Part shown: piece by piece, positions 9,619 through 20,549 of the stretch | How positions within the stretch are numbered: position 1 is the first letter of the stretch | Layout of the letters: each line of letters begins with the position of its first letter | Sequence record: OZ035786.1 | Source: Veterinaerplatzvirus T145P1 | DNA length: 45,312 nt | Reading direction: 5' to 3' (one strand) | Position numbers and translations under genes: made by a program | The notes under the pieces: model-generated | Databases searched by the model: none | The model's input: only the letters and a program-made list of their open reading frames with translations | What the model was told of the DNA's origin: nothing

Positions 9619-9656
9619 TAGAATACATACTCACAAACAATAAGAGGATTAACAAA

Positions 9657-9971
9657 ATGGCAAAGTTCAAACTTTCACTGGCAGCACTCCCAGACTTTAA
9701 GCTACCAGTAAAATTTAAGCTGGCTAACGACCAGGATGTAGAGGTTATCTTTACAGTCAAGCATAAGAAAACATCTGAGTTGCAGGAGCTGCTTAGCAAG
9801 GAAGACTTGAGCACAAAAGAGCTTATTATGGCAATTGCTTCTGATTGGGATCTGGAAGAAGAATACAACGAAGATAACGTTAATGAGTTCTCAGACCTTT
9901 TCCCGGCCTCAACTGTTGCACTGACAACTGCTTACATGCAAGCGCTTGCTGGTCAGCGAGTAAAAAACTAA
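9657..9971 (+). CDS. tail assembly chaperone (lambda G-like)
   Basis: 104-aa acidic ORF immediately upstream of tape measure; ends in slippery AAAAAAC. Confidence 0.7.
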   Translation: MAKFKLSLAALPDFKLPVKFKLANDQDVEVIFTVKHKKTSELQELLSKEDLSTKELIMAIASDWDLEEEYNEDNVNEFSDLFPASTVALTTAYMQALAGQRVKN

Positions 9972-10291
9972 AACGAGCGGTGTATCTACAGTACCAGTCA
10001 GAGCCAACTGATGCCGAACTGGAAGCTATTGGGATGCGCCGCTCTGATTACGAAGATGAAGAGCCTGAGGTTTTACACTTCGACGACAACATGATGAAGG
10101 CGTGGGACATTTATTGTTCAATGGCTACGCAGTGGAGAGTAGGAGCCAATGGAGCTACAGGGTTAGATTACAACGTGCTAAATTTCCTCTTTAGAGTGTA
10201 TAATGTTTCTGAAGAAGAATTGGTACTCAGCGATTTACGCATCCTTGAAGCTAAGGCTCTTGAGATGATGGATAACCTGAGAAAAAAATAA
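9657..10291 (+). CDS. tail assembly chaperone frameshift product (GT-like), -1 shift at 9962..9968
   Basis: The -1 frame is open from the slippery site into track ORF 9980..10291 (L-K-R-A then the ORF); classic G/GT arrangement. Confidence 0.6.
9962..9968 (+). other. -1 programmed ribosomal frameshift slippery heptamer A_AAA_AAC
   Basis: X_XXY_YYZ heptamer 1 nt before the G stop codon. Confidence 0.6.
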
Positions 10292-10313
10292 CCCGCTTCG
10301 GCGGGTTTTCTAT
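10292..10313 (+). terminator. rho-independent terminator (probably partial)
   Basis: cccgc-ttcg-gcggg hairpin then ttttctatt. Confidence 0.6.
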
Positions 10314-10326
10314 TATGGAGGCTTAG

Positions 10327-13308
10327 ATGGCAACAAATGAATTAGCCGGAATCACACTAGCCGTAGATGTCTCGCAAGTAGACAGGGGAACGCAATCCCT
10401 GCAAAAGTTCAGACAGGCAAACCAGCAAGCCGCTTCCGGTATTAGTGAATTCGTCAACGCTGAGCAGGTTGCTAAAAACCAGGCGAGAGATACGGCTCGT
10501 GCACTTTCTGAGCAGCAAGCGTCACTAGCTAAATTGCAAACAGCTATCGACCCAACTGCTGCAAAGTTCCGCAAGCTGCAAGAGGCAGCGGTGGGTCTTG
10601 ATAAGGCATTCGCTGCTGGCGTAGTTCCTGACGAGGAATTTTTCCGCTTAGGTGAGGCGCTAGAAACTCAAAACGCAAAACTTGCTCGTTCACGTGCGGC
10701 GCTAACTGAAGAGGGTAGGGCGGCAGCGCAGGCTGCAAAGGATAAGGCAAAAGCAAAGGCTGAAGCGGATAGATTCATTGCATCACTTGAGCGTCAGGCT
10801 CAAGCGGCAACATTGACGCGTGAGGAGTACTTAAAGTTACAAGCGGCCCAGCTTGGCGTTAGTTCTCAGGCAGCACCCATCATTGACAGAATCGCCGACG
10901 CATCACAGAAGGCAAACACCCAGTTAATTGCTCAGAGTAAGGCTTTTCAGAAATCAGGATTAAGCGCCGGGCAATACAAGAATGCCATATCTCAACTACC
11001 AGCGCAGATTACTGATATTGGCACGTCGCTTGCTGGTGGCATTCCGATTTGGCTTATTGCAATTCAGCAAGGTGGGCAGATCAAGGATGCATTTGGCGGC
11101 ATTGGTAACACCTTTAGATTCGCACTTGCAGCCTTAAACCCATTCAATGTAGCTGTTGGTGTTTTGGGTGGGGTACTTGTAGCTCTTGGTGTTGGTGCGG
11201 CTCAGGCTGAAAGTGAATTCAGAGCATTAAACTCTGCCATTGCATTTTCCAACAACTCTACAATCGCATCAATCTCGCAGGTTAGAGAGTTGGTTAGCTC
11301 TGTTTCTGATGCAACAGGTGCCACCAGAGGGCTTGTGACTAGCATCGCAACAAGCCTTATTGAGCAAGGGAACCTTACGCTGACGCAGATTGACAAGATT
11401 ACTAAATCGACCGCAAGATGGGCGCAGTTGACAGGCAAGGATGCGAAGGAAATTACTGGTTACTATAACCAGATTGCGAGCGACCCAATACAGGGATTGG
11501 TTGATTTGGATAAGCGCTTTAACTTCCTCACTCAGGGGCAGTTGACGACAATCGAAAACCTGAGAAAGACAAAGGGAGAGGTCGAGGCCGTTACCGCCGC
11601 AATTGACATTTTCAGCAAGTCGCAGGAAGCAAACCTTAACGACATAGCAGCGCAGTTAACTCCACTTGAGTTAGCCTGGAATGACTTTAGAAAGTACATC
11701 TCTGACATTTGGGATGCAATTAGCCGCAGAACGGTTGGGTCGCTAAACCTGTTTGTTGACGTAATTGCCGGAACAATTGAGCAGATCAGGGTCTTCATTA
11801 ACCAGGGTGACGTACTGATTGGTGAATTCGTAATTAGCGCAACGCAAGCGCTGCAAAACATTCCTGGTCTTGATGGTGTTGGTGATGATGTCATAAAGAG
11901 CCAGCAGAAGATTATCGATGCAGCCAAGAAGCAAAACCTTGAGCTAGAAAAGTCTATCAAGGAGCGCGATGCCAGAATAAGAGAAGGAGAACTTGGTTAC
12001 GTTACTCGCAGAGAAAATCAGAATACCAATGAGCAGTCAGGCACGGATGAGGAGTTTGCAAAAAGGAAGAAGGCGCTTCAGGATGAACTTGATGCGATCA
12101 AGAAGAACAGGAAAGAAGAAAATGGCAGGGTTAAAGAGCAAAGAGACCTTACAATTGGTTACGAATCTGGCGTACTGGCACTTCAGGCTCAACTCAAGGT
12201 TCTTCAGGAAAATAGGGATATTGGCGCAGTAATAAGTAATGAGCGCAAGCAGTATCTTCAGGATGAAGCCAAATTCAGGATTCTTGAGCAGAGGCAGCTT
12301 GATGGTTCAATCACCAAAGAGCAGTCAAGACTTCTTCTTGAGAAGGATAAAGTCCTCGAATTGGCAAGGCAGAAGGCTGAACTTGGAGATCAGATTGTTT
12401 TGCAGGAGCGAGCCAATAAGTTAGCTGAAGATAACCGCAAGAAGATTCTTCAGATTAACAACGAAGCAAAAAACATTGATTTGGGGGCTGGTCTATCTTC
12501 TCGTGAACAACAGAGAGCCAAAGAGATTCAGGCTCTTCAGTCCAATCAGGTTAATGCTGGTGGCGCAATTGATGACGTGGATTTTCAGCAGCTTCTCGAG
12601 GCAAGACGTAACTTTTATGCTCAGGAAGATGCGCTACGTGAAAACTGGCTTGCTGGTGTGAACCAATCCTTTGCTAATTGGGCTGAGAGCGCGACGGATG
12701 CATTCTCAATTGCTGGAAGTTTAACCACCACAGTATTTGAAGGCATTACTGACCAGATTACTGACCTTGTAACAACTGGTGAAACTAACTTCAGAGAGTT
12801 CACTGTTAACATCCTTAAACAGATTGCTAAGATTGCGGCTCAGCTTCTTATTGTTAAGGCTATCGAGTCTAGTTTAAGTAGCTTTGGTGGTACTGGTGGC
12901 GCGATTGGCTCTATCGCATCTGCGATTGGTGGTGGATTCGCTAACGGTGGTTATACTGGTAATGGAGGGAAATACCAACCAGCAGGAACCGTACACCGTG
13001 GTGAGTTTGTATTCACAAAAGAAGCAACTAGTCGAATCGGTGTTAAGAACCTTTACGCTCTAATGAAAGGTTACGCAAACGGTGGTGTCGTTGGTGGTCC
13101 CTCTGGCTATGCAAATGGTGGCTTGGTTTCTGGAGGCACAGATGTTAATGTTAGTGGAATTACGGTTAACGTTAATAGTGGAATTGGAAGTGACCCAGAG
13201 CAGGCCAAGGCGCTGCAAAATGGCGTTAAGGCAATTGTAGCTGAAGAGATTTCTCAGTCTTTCCAGCAGGGTGGCAGAGCTTATCAGTACCTGCGCGGAT
13301 TTAACTAA
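10327..13308 (+). CDS. tail tape measure protein
   Basis: 993 aa, long Ala/Gln/Glu-rich coiled-coil N-terminal half, Gly-rich C-terminal region; SD ggagg. Confidence 0.9.
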   Translation: MATNELAGITLAVDVSQVDRGTQSLQKFRQANQQAASGISEFVNAEQVAKNQARDTARALSEQQASLAKLQTAIDPTAAKFRKLQEAAVGLDKAFAAGVVPDEEFFRLGEALETQNAKLARSRAALTEEGRAAAQAAKDKAKAKAEADRFIASLERQAQAATLTREEYLKLQAAQLGVSSQAAPIIDRIADASQKANTQLIAQSKAFQKSGLSAGQYKNAISQLPAQITDIGTSLAGGIPIWLIAIQQGGQIKDAFGGIGNTFRFALAALNPFNVAVGVLGGVLVALGVGAAQAESEFRALNSAIAFSNNSTIASISQVRELVSSVSDATGATRGLVTSIATSLIEQGNLTLTQIDKITKSTARWAQLTGKDAKEITGYYNQIASDPIQGLVDLDKRFNFLTQGQLTTIENLRKTKGEVEAVTAAIDIFSKSQEANLNDIAAQLTPLELAWNDFRKYISDIWDAISRRTVGSLNLFVDVIAGTIEQIRVFINQGDVLIGEFVISATQALQNIPGLDGVGDDVIKSQQKIIDAAKKQNLELEKSIKERDARIREGELGYVTRRENQNTNEQSGTDEEFAKRKKALQDELDAIKKNRKEENGRVKEQRDLTIGYESGVLALQAQLKVLQENRDIGAVISNERKQYLQDEAKFRILEQRQLDGSITKEQSRLLLEKDKVLELARQKAELGDQIVLQERANKLAEDNRKKILQINNEAKNIDLGAGLSSREQQRAKEIQALQSNQVNAGGAIDDVDFQQLLEARRNFYAQEDALRENWLAGVNQSFANWAESATDAFSIAGSLTTTVFEGITDQITDLVTTGETNFREFTVNILKQIAKIAAQLLIVKAIESSLSSFGGTGGAIGSIASAIGGGFANGGYTGNGGKYQPAGTVHRGEFVFTKEATSRIGVKNLYALMKGYANGGVVGGPSGYANGGLVSGGTDVNVSGITVNVNSGIGSDPEQAKALQNGVKAIVAEEISQSFQQGGRAYQYLRGFN

Positions 13309-13338
13309 TTAACGGGGCTTCGGCCCCTAAGGATTTTT

Positions 13339-13689
13339 ATGGCAATAGATAATTTTACATGGTGTACACAAATCCAGAATGGTGGAGCTGCATTTTCCAA
13401 TACAAACAATGTTCGTATTGTTAGCTTTGGCAATGGTTTTGAGCAAAGAGGAACAGGGGGCTACCGCAGTAATAAGCGCAGCTACCAGATGACCTATACA
13501 AACAAGGACTGGCGTGAGGTTATGGATTTCTGCTTCAATCACATCATCACACCATTCTTCTGGAAAACACCGCAAGGTGATACTTCTATGTTTGTTATTC
13601 AGCAGGATAGCATTTCAGTTACACCAATTAGTAGCGAAGTTCAGACTGTAAACATGCAATTCGTAGAAGTTTTTAGCTCAATGCGTTAA
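13339..13689 (+). CDS. minor tail protein (lambda M-like)
   Basis: 116 aa directly after tape measure; begins the M-L-K-I-J order. Confidence 0.7.
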   Translation: MAIDNFTWCTQIQNGGAAFSNTNNVRIVSFGNGFEQRGTGGYRSNKRSYQMTYTNKDWREVMDFCFNHIITPFFWKTPQGDTSMFVIQQDSISVTPISSEVQTVNMQFVEVFSSMR

Positions 13690-13694
13690 ACTAA

Positions 13695-13714
13695 GCCCCT
13701 ATATGGGGCTTTTT
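13695..13714 (+). terminator. rho-independent terminator (weak)
   Basis: gcccc-tatat-ggggc hairpin followed by T5. Confidence 0.5.
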
Positions 13715-13727
13715 GTTGGAGAAATAT

Positions 13728-14483
13728 ATGTTAAGTCCAAAGTTTGAAAATCAGTTGCAAAGCCTTTTCCCTGGTGAGATTGTGACACTAATCCAGGTTG
13801 ACGGCACGTCCTTCGGGGGTCTCGTTTATTCGTTCCACAATGAGAACATCTCATACACTCCAGAAGAAATCATGCTGGCTCAAATGAATGGCGAGCCACT
13901 ACCAGAGAAAACCATCACATTTCGTGGTGAAGAGTACGGGCCTAGACCATTTGGAATCTCTGGCATAAATATGACTTCTGACGGAAAGGCCAATAAGGTT
14001 ACATTAACGGTATCAAACGTTGACCAGCGTATTAGTGCGTTAATCCGAACATACAACGGACTTGTTAAAGCTAAGGTTACAATCTGGATTACTACGCGCG
14101 ATAACATCAATGAGGATGGAAGCATTGCTGACGGGGACTATCGCAGATTCGTTTACTTTATTGAGCGACCGAAGCAGGTTGACTACAAGACCGCATCGTT
14201 TGAGCTAAGCAGCCCGATGGATATGGATGGTATTTATATCCCCGCAAGACTTGTTCAGTCTGTTTGCTATTGGGCTTCTAGGGGTTGGTATCGCAGCGGT
14301 AATGGATGCGACTACGCTGGCAATCGTTATTTTGACAAAGACGACAACCCGGTAAGTGATCCGTCTCTAGATTTCTGCGCCGGAACAGTTAATAGCTGTA
14401 AGATTAGATTTGGAGAGAATAACCAGCTTTCATTTGGTGGATGCGCAGCAGCAAGCCTTCAAGCTAAAGCGAATCAGAGCTAA
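13728..14483 (+). CDS. minor tail protein (lambda L-like)
   Basis: Track start is TTG 13713; ATG 13728 has SD ggag. C-terminal Cys cluster (CYWASRGW, NGCDY, FCAGTVNSC) like the L Fe-S motif. Confidence 0.75.
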   Translation: MLSPKFENQLQSLFPGEIVTLIQVDGTSFGGLVYSFHNENISYTPEEIMLAQMNGEPLPEKTITFRGEEYGPRPFGISGINMTSDGKANKVTLTVSNVDQRISALIRTYNGLVKAKVTIWITTRDNINEDGSIADGDYRRFVYFIERPKQVDYKTASFELSSPMDMDGIYIPARLVQSVCYWASRGWYRSGNGCDYAGNRYFDKDDNPVSDPSLDFCAGTVNSCKIRFGENNQLSFGGCAAASLQAKANQS

Positions 14484-14492
14484 GGGGGAACA

Positions 14493-15251
14493 ATGTTAAC
14501 ACCAAAAGTTAAACTGGAAATCTTCCAGCACGCAAAGGAAGTTTACCCGCATGAGTGCTGTGGAGTTGTTACGCAGAAGGGTCGCGCTCAGAGGTATCAC
14601 AGAATCACCAATGTCAGCAAGGACCCGGAGAATGAGTTTATCCTTGATTCGAATGAGTATGCAGATGTTCTCTTTGAGTTGGCTCACAATGAATCTATTG
14701 TTTACGTAGTTCACTCTCATACGGGTGATGGCGCAACAACAAGGCCTAGCCCAGCGGATATTTGCAGCTGTAATGAATGCGAGGTTCCTTACGTTATTGT
14801 AAGCATCCCAGAGTTGGACATGAGAATCCTTGAGCCATCAACCATGCCTCTGATTGGTCGACCTTGGGGGCTTGGTAGCTTTGATTGCTGGGAGTTGGTA
14901 ATGGCGTTCCACAAGAAATACGGCGTCAAACTGAATGACTACCGAGTTAATTACCCGTGGTGGGAGAAGCGGTACAATGAAAATATCTATGACGACAACT
15001 GGATTAAGGAAGGATTTGAGTTGGTGAAAACTTCAGATATTACTGTTGGCTCAATGATTATGATGCAGGTCCAGAGTGAAGTAACAAACCACGCCGGAAT
15101 CTACATTGGCAACAACAGATTCATTCACCATCTTTATGGTAAAATGAGTTCCATTGATATCTATTCCGATTACTGGCGAGAGCGCACAGTGAGAATCGTT
15201 CGCCATAAGGATTTACCAGAGGATGTAATCTATGACCCAGAAACTGATTGA
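14493..15251 (+). CDS. tail assembly protein (lambda K-like; JAB/MPN plus NlpC/P60 peptidase motifs)
   Basis: HSHTGDG...SPAD JAMM-like motif and DCWELV...H NlpC/P60-like Cys-His; SD aaggggg. Confidence 0.8.
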   Translation: MLTPKVKLEIFQHAKEVYPHECCGVVTQKGRAQRYHRITNVSKDPENEFILDSNEYADVLFELAHNESIVYVVHSHTGDGATTRPSPADICSCNECEVPYVIVSIPELDMRILEPSTMPLIGRPWGLGSFDCWELVMAFHKKYGVKLNDYRVNYPWWEKRYNENIYDDNWIKEGFELVKTSDITVGSMIMMQVQSEVTNHAGIYIGNNRFIHHLYGKMSSIDIYSDYWRERTVRIVRHKDLPEDVIYDPETD

Positions 15252-15804
15252 TATTAAGTTAGGTCTGTCTCTAGGCCGCAAGTTTGGAAAGATTCACCAG
15301 ATGGCAGTGAATAGCGTGCCGGAGGCAATGAGAGCACTTTGCTCACAGATTCCTGCATTCAAGGAGTTCATGAATAGCCACGTTGGTCAAAATACAAGGT
15401 ACGCCGTGTTCGTTGATGGTAAAAATGTGAACGAGCATCGAATTTCTGATTTTAGTGCCGTTCAGGAGATACGAATCTTGCCAATTCCGCAGGGTCGCAA
15501 GTCAGGCGGCTTGTTTCAGACAATTTTAGGTGCAGCCCTTATCGTTGTTGGTATCTACACTGGCCAGGCTTATCTTGTTGGTGCAGGTATCTCTCTTGCT
15601 GCTGGCGGTGTTGCTCAGTTGCTTTCACCTCAAGCTACTGGGTTGAAAGACCAAAGTAACCAGACAAGTAACAGGGCATCTTACGCATTCGGCTCGGCTG
15701 TAAACACGGTAGCCGCTGGCTACCCGGTTTGCCTACCGTATGGCTATCGAACGGTTGGAGGTTCGGTGTTTAGCGCCGGCTCGTATAGTGAAGACATTGC
15801 TTAA
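15232..15804 (+). CDS. tail assembly protein (lambda I-like)
   Basis: 190 aa, overlaps K end; C-terminal hydrophobic Gly/Ala-rich stretch typical of I. Confidence 0.7.
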   Translation: MTQKLIDIKLGLSLGRKFGKIHQMAVNSVPEAMRALCSQIPAFKEFMNSHVGQNTRYAVFVDGKNVNEHRISDFSAVQEIRILPIPQGRKSGGLFQTILGAALIVVGIYTGQAYLVGAGISLAAGGVAQLLSPQATGLKDQSNQTSNRASYAFGSAVNTVAAGYPVCLPYGYRTVGGSVFSAGSYSEDIA

Positions 15805-15812
15805 ATACCATA

Positions 15813-15833
15813 CCCGCCTAGTGCGGGTTTTTT
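15813..15833 (+). terminator. rho-independent terminator (probably partial)
   Basis: cccgc-ctagt-gcggg hairpin followed by T6. Confidence 0.65.
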
Positions 15834-15845
15834 ATTTAGTGTAGA

Positions 15846-18800
15846 ATGGCACAAATGATCAAAACAAACATGAGGCTTTGTGATATGGCTGAAGATATTA
15901 AGATTTATGGTGCTAAGGGTGGTAGCCAGAAGCAGCACCAACCAGTGGAACAAGAAGACAACCTGATTTCATTAAACAAGGTCAAGGTATTACTTGCGGT
16001 TGCTGACGGCGAGGTTGACCCTAACTTCTCAATGAAAGATTTATACCTTGCTGACGTTCCGGTGCAAAACCAGGATGGTAGCTACAACTATGATGGTGTT
16101 CGCGCTGAGTTCCGTGCTGGCACGCAGTATCAGGACTATATCGCCGGGCTTGACGGTGCTAACTCAGAGATTCAGGCATCCAGAGAAATCAAGAACGATA
16201 CCCCGTACATCATTGCGGTTAACAATACTCAGCTTTCAGCAATTCGAGTTAAGCTATTTTGGCCTCGACTGGTTAAGCAAGAAAACAACGGAGACCTGAA
16301 CGGAACAACTTGCGAGTACGCAATTGACCTTTCTGTTAATGGTGGTGCTTACCAGGAATACACTCGCGGAGTTGCTAACGGCAAGACAACTACAGGTTAC
16401 GACCGAAGCATTCGCGTAAACCTTCCGGCAGAGTTTGATAGTGCGCTTGTTCGCATCCGTAAGATTACAGCTGACTCAACGAGCAGCACACTGGTTAACG
16501 GAATGCAGATTACAACCTATCAGGAAGTAATCGACGCCAAATTCCGCTACCCGCTTACGGCTCTGGTCTATGTTGAGTTTGGTTCTGACTTGTTCCCTAA
16601 CGGCATCCCGACAATCTCAATAAAGAAGCGTTGGAAGCTAATTCAGGTACCGACAAACTACGACCCGGAGACAAGGACTTACAGCGGGACATGGAATGGC
16701 TTATTCAAGATGGCATGGTCGAATAACCCGGCATGGGTTCTCTATGACCTGGTGACAAACCGACGCTATGGGCTTGACCAGCGAGAGTTGGGTGTAGAGA
16801 TTGATAAATGGGGCTTGTATGAAGCCGCGCAATTCTGTGACCAGATGGTTCCAGATGGTAAGGGTGGTTTAGAGCCGCGTTACCTTTGCGATATGGTTGT
16901 GCAAAACAAGGTTGAGGCCTACACGCTAATTCGTGATATCTGCTCAATCTTCCGTGGTCTGACTTTCTATGACGGTGAAAAGATTGGTATCGTGGTTGAT
17001 AAGCCTCGCAACCCATCTTACATCTTCACCAATGATAACGTTGTAAACGGATTGTTCAGTCGAACCTTTGCCAGTGATAAAAGCCTTTACACCACGGCAA
17101 ACGTCCAGTTTGATGATGTAGAGAACAACTATCAACAGGATGTTGAGCCGGTATTTGAATTAGAGGCAACTCGTCGTTTTGGATTTAACCCTGTAGATTT
17201 AACTGCGATTGGATGCACTCGCAGAAGTGAAGCAAACAGACGTGGCAGATGGCTCCTGAAAACAAACCTGAGAAGCGAAACTATCAGCTTCACTACTGGG
17301 TTGGAAGGTATGATTCCGATGATTGGCGAGGTAATTGCGGTCAATGACGCTGCATGGTCTAGCAACTATCAGTTAAACCTTTCCGGTCGTATTGAGTCAG
17401 TTCAGGGGTTGCAGGTTTTTACCCCTTTTAAAGTTGACGCAGCGCCTGGTGACAGAATTCTTCTGAACAAGCCAGACGGAAGTCCAGAGGCAAGAACTAT
17501 TGCCAGCGTTTCGGAGGATGGAAGAACAATCAACCTTAACACTGCTTTTAGTTTTGTAGCTCAACCTGACACTGTTTTCGCAATCGATAAGGATAATCTC
17601 GCGCTTCAACAGTATGTTGTGACCGGGATTCAAAAAGCAGATTCTGATGGCTCTGATTCATTCCAGTATACGATTACCGCAGTAGAGTATGACCCGAACA
17701 AGTATGATGAGATTGATTATGGTGTAAACATTGTTGACCGCCCAACATCAATTGTTGAGCCTGATAGATTGTCGCCACCTGAGAACTTAACAGTATCAAG
17801 CTACAGTAAGGTTGTTCAAGGGTTGTCAGTTGAGACGATGGTTATCGGATGGGATAAAGCTCCATACGCTAAAACATACAATGTTCAGTGGAGGAAAGAA
17901 AATGGCAACTGGATTAACGTACCCAGAACGGCAAGTACAGAGGTTGATATCGAAGGTATTTACGCAGGAATCTATGACGTTAGGGTTCGCAGCGTATCAG
18001 ATACTGAAAACGTGTCTGCCTGGTCTGGCATTGTAACCGTATCGCTAACTGGCAAGATTGGTCGCCCATCGGCACCTACTGTTATCACGGCATCAACAGA
18101 TGAGGTATTTGGCATCCGTGTTAAGTGGGGTTTCCCTGAGGGTTCTGGTGACACTGCTTACACTGAACTTCAGCAGGTCCCTGATAATGGTGACGGCACT
18201 TACAATCCTGATAACGCAAGTTTGCTGACGTTACTGCCTTATCCAGCCTATGAATACTGGCACACGCCAATTCAGCCGGGTAAGGTCATCTGGTATCGCG
18301 CAAGATTGATTGACAGAATCGGCAATACCTCTGATTGGTCTTATTTCGCTAGAGGTATGAGTACTGACGACGCCAACATCATCAACGATTATATCAAGGT
18401 TGATATTGAAGGCTCGGAGGGTTTTAAATACCTAGAGCAGAATGCGATTCAAAAGAACCAGGACATTCAGAATCAAGCCGAGGCAATCATCGAGAACGCG
18501 CTGGCTAATGATGGCGATGTTCGTCGCATGACTAAGGAGAACGGCAAGCGTAAGGCTGAATATGTTCAGGCTGTGAATCTCATAGCTGATGAAACTCAGG
18601 CGCGTGTAGAGGCTCTTACGCAGCTTAAAGCGCAGATTGATGATGAGGTTGTTTCATCGATTACAGAAGTTCAGACTGCATTAGCAACAGAGACAGAAGC
18701 AAGAACTACTGCGGATACGGCTCTATCAGCAAGACTTGGTGAAAACGAGGCTGCACTAAACCAGAAGCTGGACGCTTTTTCTAACGCCACATCGACTGGT

Positions 18801-19271
18801 GTACAGTATGGGATTAGTCTTGGCCTGAAATACAACGGACAGACTTATTCATCCGGCATGAGTATGGAGCTTGTTGGCACTGGTGGGAATGTTCGCAGTC
18901 AGTTCATCTTTGACGCAAACAGATTCGCAATCAGTAACGGCATTGGTTCTGGTTCCGGTCAGTGGCAACTCCCATTCGTTGTAGAGAATGGAAACGTAAT
19001 AATCCAAAGCGCAGTAATCGGCGATGGCTCAATTACTAACGCTAAGATTGGTAATATAATTTCATCAAATGATTATGTGGCAGGCTCTCAGGGATGGGCG
19101 ATACTGAAAAGTGGTGCGTCAGAGTTCAATAACACAACTGTAAGGGGCAATCTTTACGCTAACAATGGTAACTTTGCTTTTAACGGAACCAATAACACGG
19201 TTCAGATTAACAATAACGGAATCACTGTAAACTTACCGAACGGAGGAAGAGTGGTAGTTGGAGTGTGGTAA
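15846..19271 (+). CDS. central tail fibre / host specificity protein (lambda J-like)
   Basis: 1141 aa following M-L-K-I; in-frame alternative ATGs at 15870 and 15885 (the latter with a weak SD), so the true start is uncertain. Confidence 0.85.
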   Translation: MAQMIKTNMRLCDMAEDIKIYGAKGGSQKQHQPVEQEDNLISLNKVKVLLAVADGEVDPNFSMKDLYLADVPVQNQDGSYNYDGVRAEFRAGTQYQDYIAGLDGANSEIQASREIKNDTPYIIAVNNTQLSAIRVKLFWPRLVKQENNGDLNGTTCEYAIDLSVNGGAYQEYTRGVANGKTTTGYDRSIRVNLPAEFDSALVRIRKITADSTSSTLVNGMQITTYQEVIDAKFRYPLTALVYVEFGSDLFPNGIPTISIKKRWKLIQVPTNYDPETRTYSGTWNGLFKMAWSNNPAWVLYDLVTNRRYGLDQRELGVEIDKWGLYEAAQFCDQMVPDGKGGLEPRYLCDMVVQNKVEAYTLIRDICSIFRGLTFYDGEKIGIVVDKPRNPSYIFTNDNVVNGLFSRTFASDKSLYTTANVQFDDVENNYQQDVEPVFELEATRRFGFNPVDLTAIGCTRRSEANRRGRWLLKTNLRSETISFTTGLEGMIPMIGEVIAVNDAAWSSNYQLNLSGRIESVQGLQVFTPFKVDAAPGDRILLNKPDGSPEARTIASVSEDGRTINLNTAFSFVAQPDTVFAIDKDNLALQQYVVTGIQKADSDGSDSFQYTITAVEYDPNKYDEIDYGVNIVDRPTSIVEPDRLSPPENLTVSSYSKVVQGLSVETMVIGWDKAPYAKTYNVQWRKENGNWINVPRTASTEVDIEGIYAGIYDVRVRSVSDTENVSAWSGIVTVSLTGKIGRPSAPTVITASTDEVFGIRVKWGFPEGSGDTAYTELQQVPDNGDGTYNPDNASLLTLLPYPAYEYWHTPIQPGKVIWYRARLIDRIGNTSDWSYFARGMSTDDANIINDYIKVDIEGSEGFKYLEQNAIQKNQDIQNQAEAIIENALANDGDVRRMTKENGKRKAEYVQAVNLIADETQARVEALTQLKAQIDDEVVSSITEVQTALATETEARTTADTALSARLGENEAALNQKLDAFSNATSTGVQYGISLGLKYNGQTYSSGMSMELVGTGGNVRSQFIFDANRFAISNGIGSGSGQWQLPFVVENGNVIIQSAVIGDGSITNAKIGNIISSNDYVAGSQGWAILKSGASEFNNTTVRGNLYANNGNFAFNGTNNTVQINNNGITVNLPNGGRVVVGVW

Positions 19272-19275
19272 TAAA

Positions 19276-19302
19276 TAAAGCCCCTTAATTGGGGCTTTTC
19301 TT
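19276..19302. terminator. bidirectional rho-independent terminator
   Basis: agcccc-ttaatt-ggggct hairpin flanked by A-run and T-run between convergent genes. Confidence 0.75.
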
Positions 19303-20274
19303 TTAGTAGAAGTTTGGGATAAATGGAAGTGCCATTGATATGTTCGTGTCGAAAGGAAACTGAGCGCCTGTCTGAGTTGAGTAGTTACCTATTACAGATC
19401 CAGGAACAGCCCTAACGGAGCCTCCAGACATGCAAACACCCTTGTATCGTAAGTTGTTATACCCTCCGGTAACTCTAGTTGTAGCGCCGCACCTAAGCAG
19501 CGGGAAGAAACCACCATTTATTGACTGATATCCATTGCTTATTTGTATAAATCCACCAAGAACGAATGGGCGGCGAACACTTGAAAAAACAATCTGACCA
19601 GAACTATTTGACATTGTGAGTCCAGGCCCGGCCGGTGGTGGTTCATTCCTGAATATCACCAGCTGAACATGGGTACTTGCCGCAACATCATCTGTACCTC
19701 CGTAGGTTATATCCCTACACCATATTGTTGATCCATCTGATTCAAGTGATACGTTTGGATTATCCCACTTGCCGAATGGTATTCCGCTAACTGGTAGCGA
19801 TGCTGCACCGTTAACCTGTATGCCCCCAACCCAGGCCGCAGACATTAGCCGCGAGTTGCTTGATATAGCAAGGAAATCAGTTGAGTTCTCAACAAGTATT
19901 CCAGGACTTGATGAGGATGAAGCCGGTAGTATCTCAAAGCAATTACCAGCAAAGTCAATTATTCGACCATTAGCACCATTGAAGTTGCTGATAGTTATCC
20001 TGCCAGTTCCGTCATTTACCTTTTGAAACCCGTTCATGTAATAAACTTCGGGTATAACATCGTAAGCGTCAACGTGGACTGCCTTCGTTGGTAGGCAGAA
20101 AGCCGTAGAGCCAGGAAACATTGTCAATCCAAAATCCCACGAGATTGCCGGGGTTGAAAGTCCATTGGTATTTATTGATCCAGTCACAGCAGGTGCCCTT
20201 AATCCTGCCGTGATTTCCATCGCTGGTCTTCCGTCATTGAGGTCAATCAATATACCCTGCGGCATTATTTCCAC
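19303..20274 (-). CDS. putative receptor-binding protein (tail tip accessory, downstream of J, opposite strand)
   Basis: 323-aa Gly/Ser/Asn-rich ORF co-transcribed with a lipoprotein gene; arrangement resembles receptor-binding protein plus exclusion lipoprotein loci of T1/T5-type phages. Confidence 0.4.
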   Translation of the reverse strand: MEIMPQGILIDLNDGRPAMEITAGLRAPAVTGSINTNGLSTPAISWDFGLTMFPGSTAFCLPTKAVHVDAYDVIPEVYYMNGFQKVNDGTGRITISNFNGANGRIIDFAGNCFEILPASSSSSPGILVENSTDFLAISSNSRLMSAAWVGGIQVNGAASLPVSGIPFGKWDNPNVSLESDGSTIWCRDITYGGTDDVAASTHVQLVIFRNEPPPAGPGLTMSNSSGQIVFSSVRRPFVLGGFIQISNGYQSINGGFFPLLRCGATTRVTGGYNNLRYKGVCMSGGSVRAVPGSVIGNYSTQTGAQFPFDTNISMALPFIPNFY

Positions 20275-20510
20275 TCCTTACTGCCGTGATCTGCAACAGA
20301 ACCGCCGTAACCGCCGCCAGATTTGCTTTCAATGCCAGCGTAGCGAATATCAACCTCACCAGCCGGAACAACTACACCGCCTTTCCACTTAGCTACGCAC
20401 ACGCCGTTTGCTTGTGTTGCACACCACCCATCAGGTCGAGGACCAGAAGAACAACCTACTGTCATGATTACTGCCGCCGAGATGATTGCTGATTTGATGA
20501 AGTTAGTCAT
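20265..20510 (-). CDS. small lipoprotein, putative superinfection-exclusion protein (Cor/Llp-like)
   Basis: Start moved to Met17 of track ORF (SD aaggaa 8 nt upstream). Signal peptide with lipobox MTVGCSS; 81 aa; overlaps start of the downstream gene. Confidence 0.5.
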   Translation of the reverse strand: MTNFIKSAIISAAVIMTVGCSSGPRPDGWCATQANGVCVAKWKGGVVVPAGEVDIRYAGIESKSGGGYGGSVADHGSKEWK

Positions 20511-20549
20511 TTTGTATTCCTTATTAAGTTGTTTCGTTTTGATGTAGTA

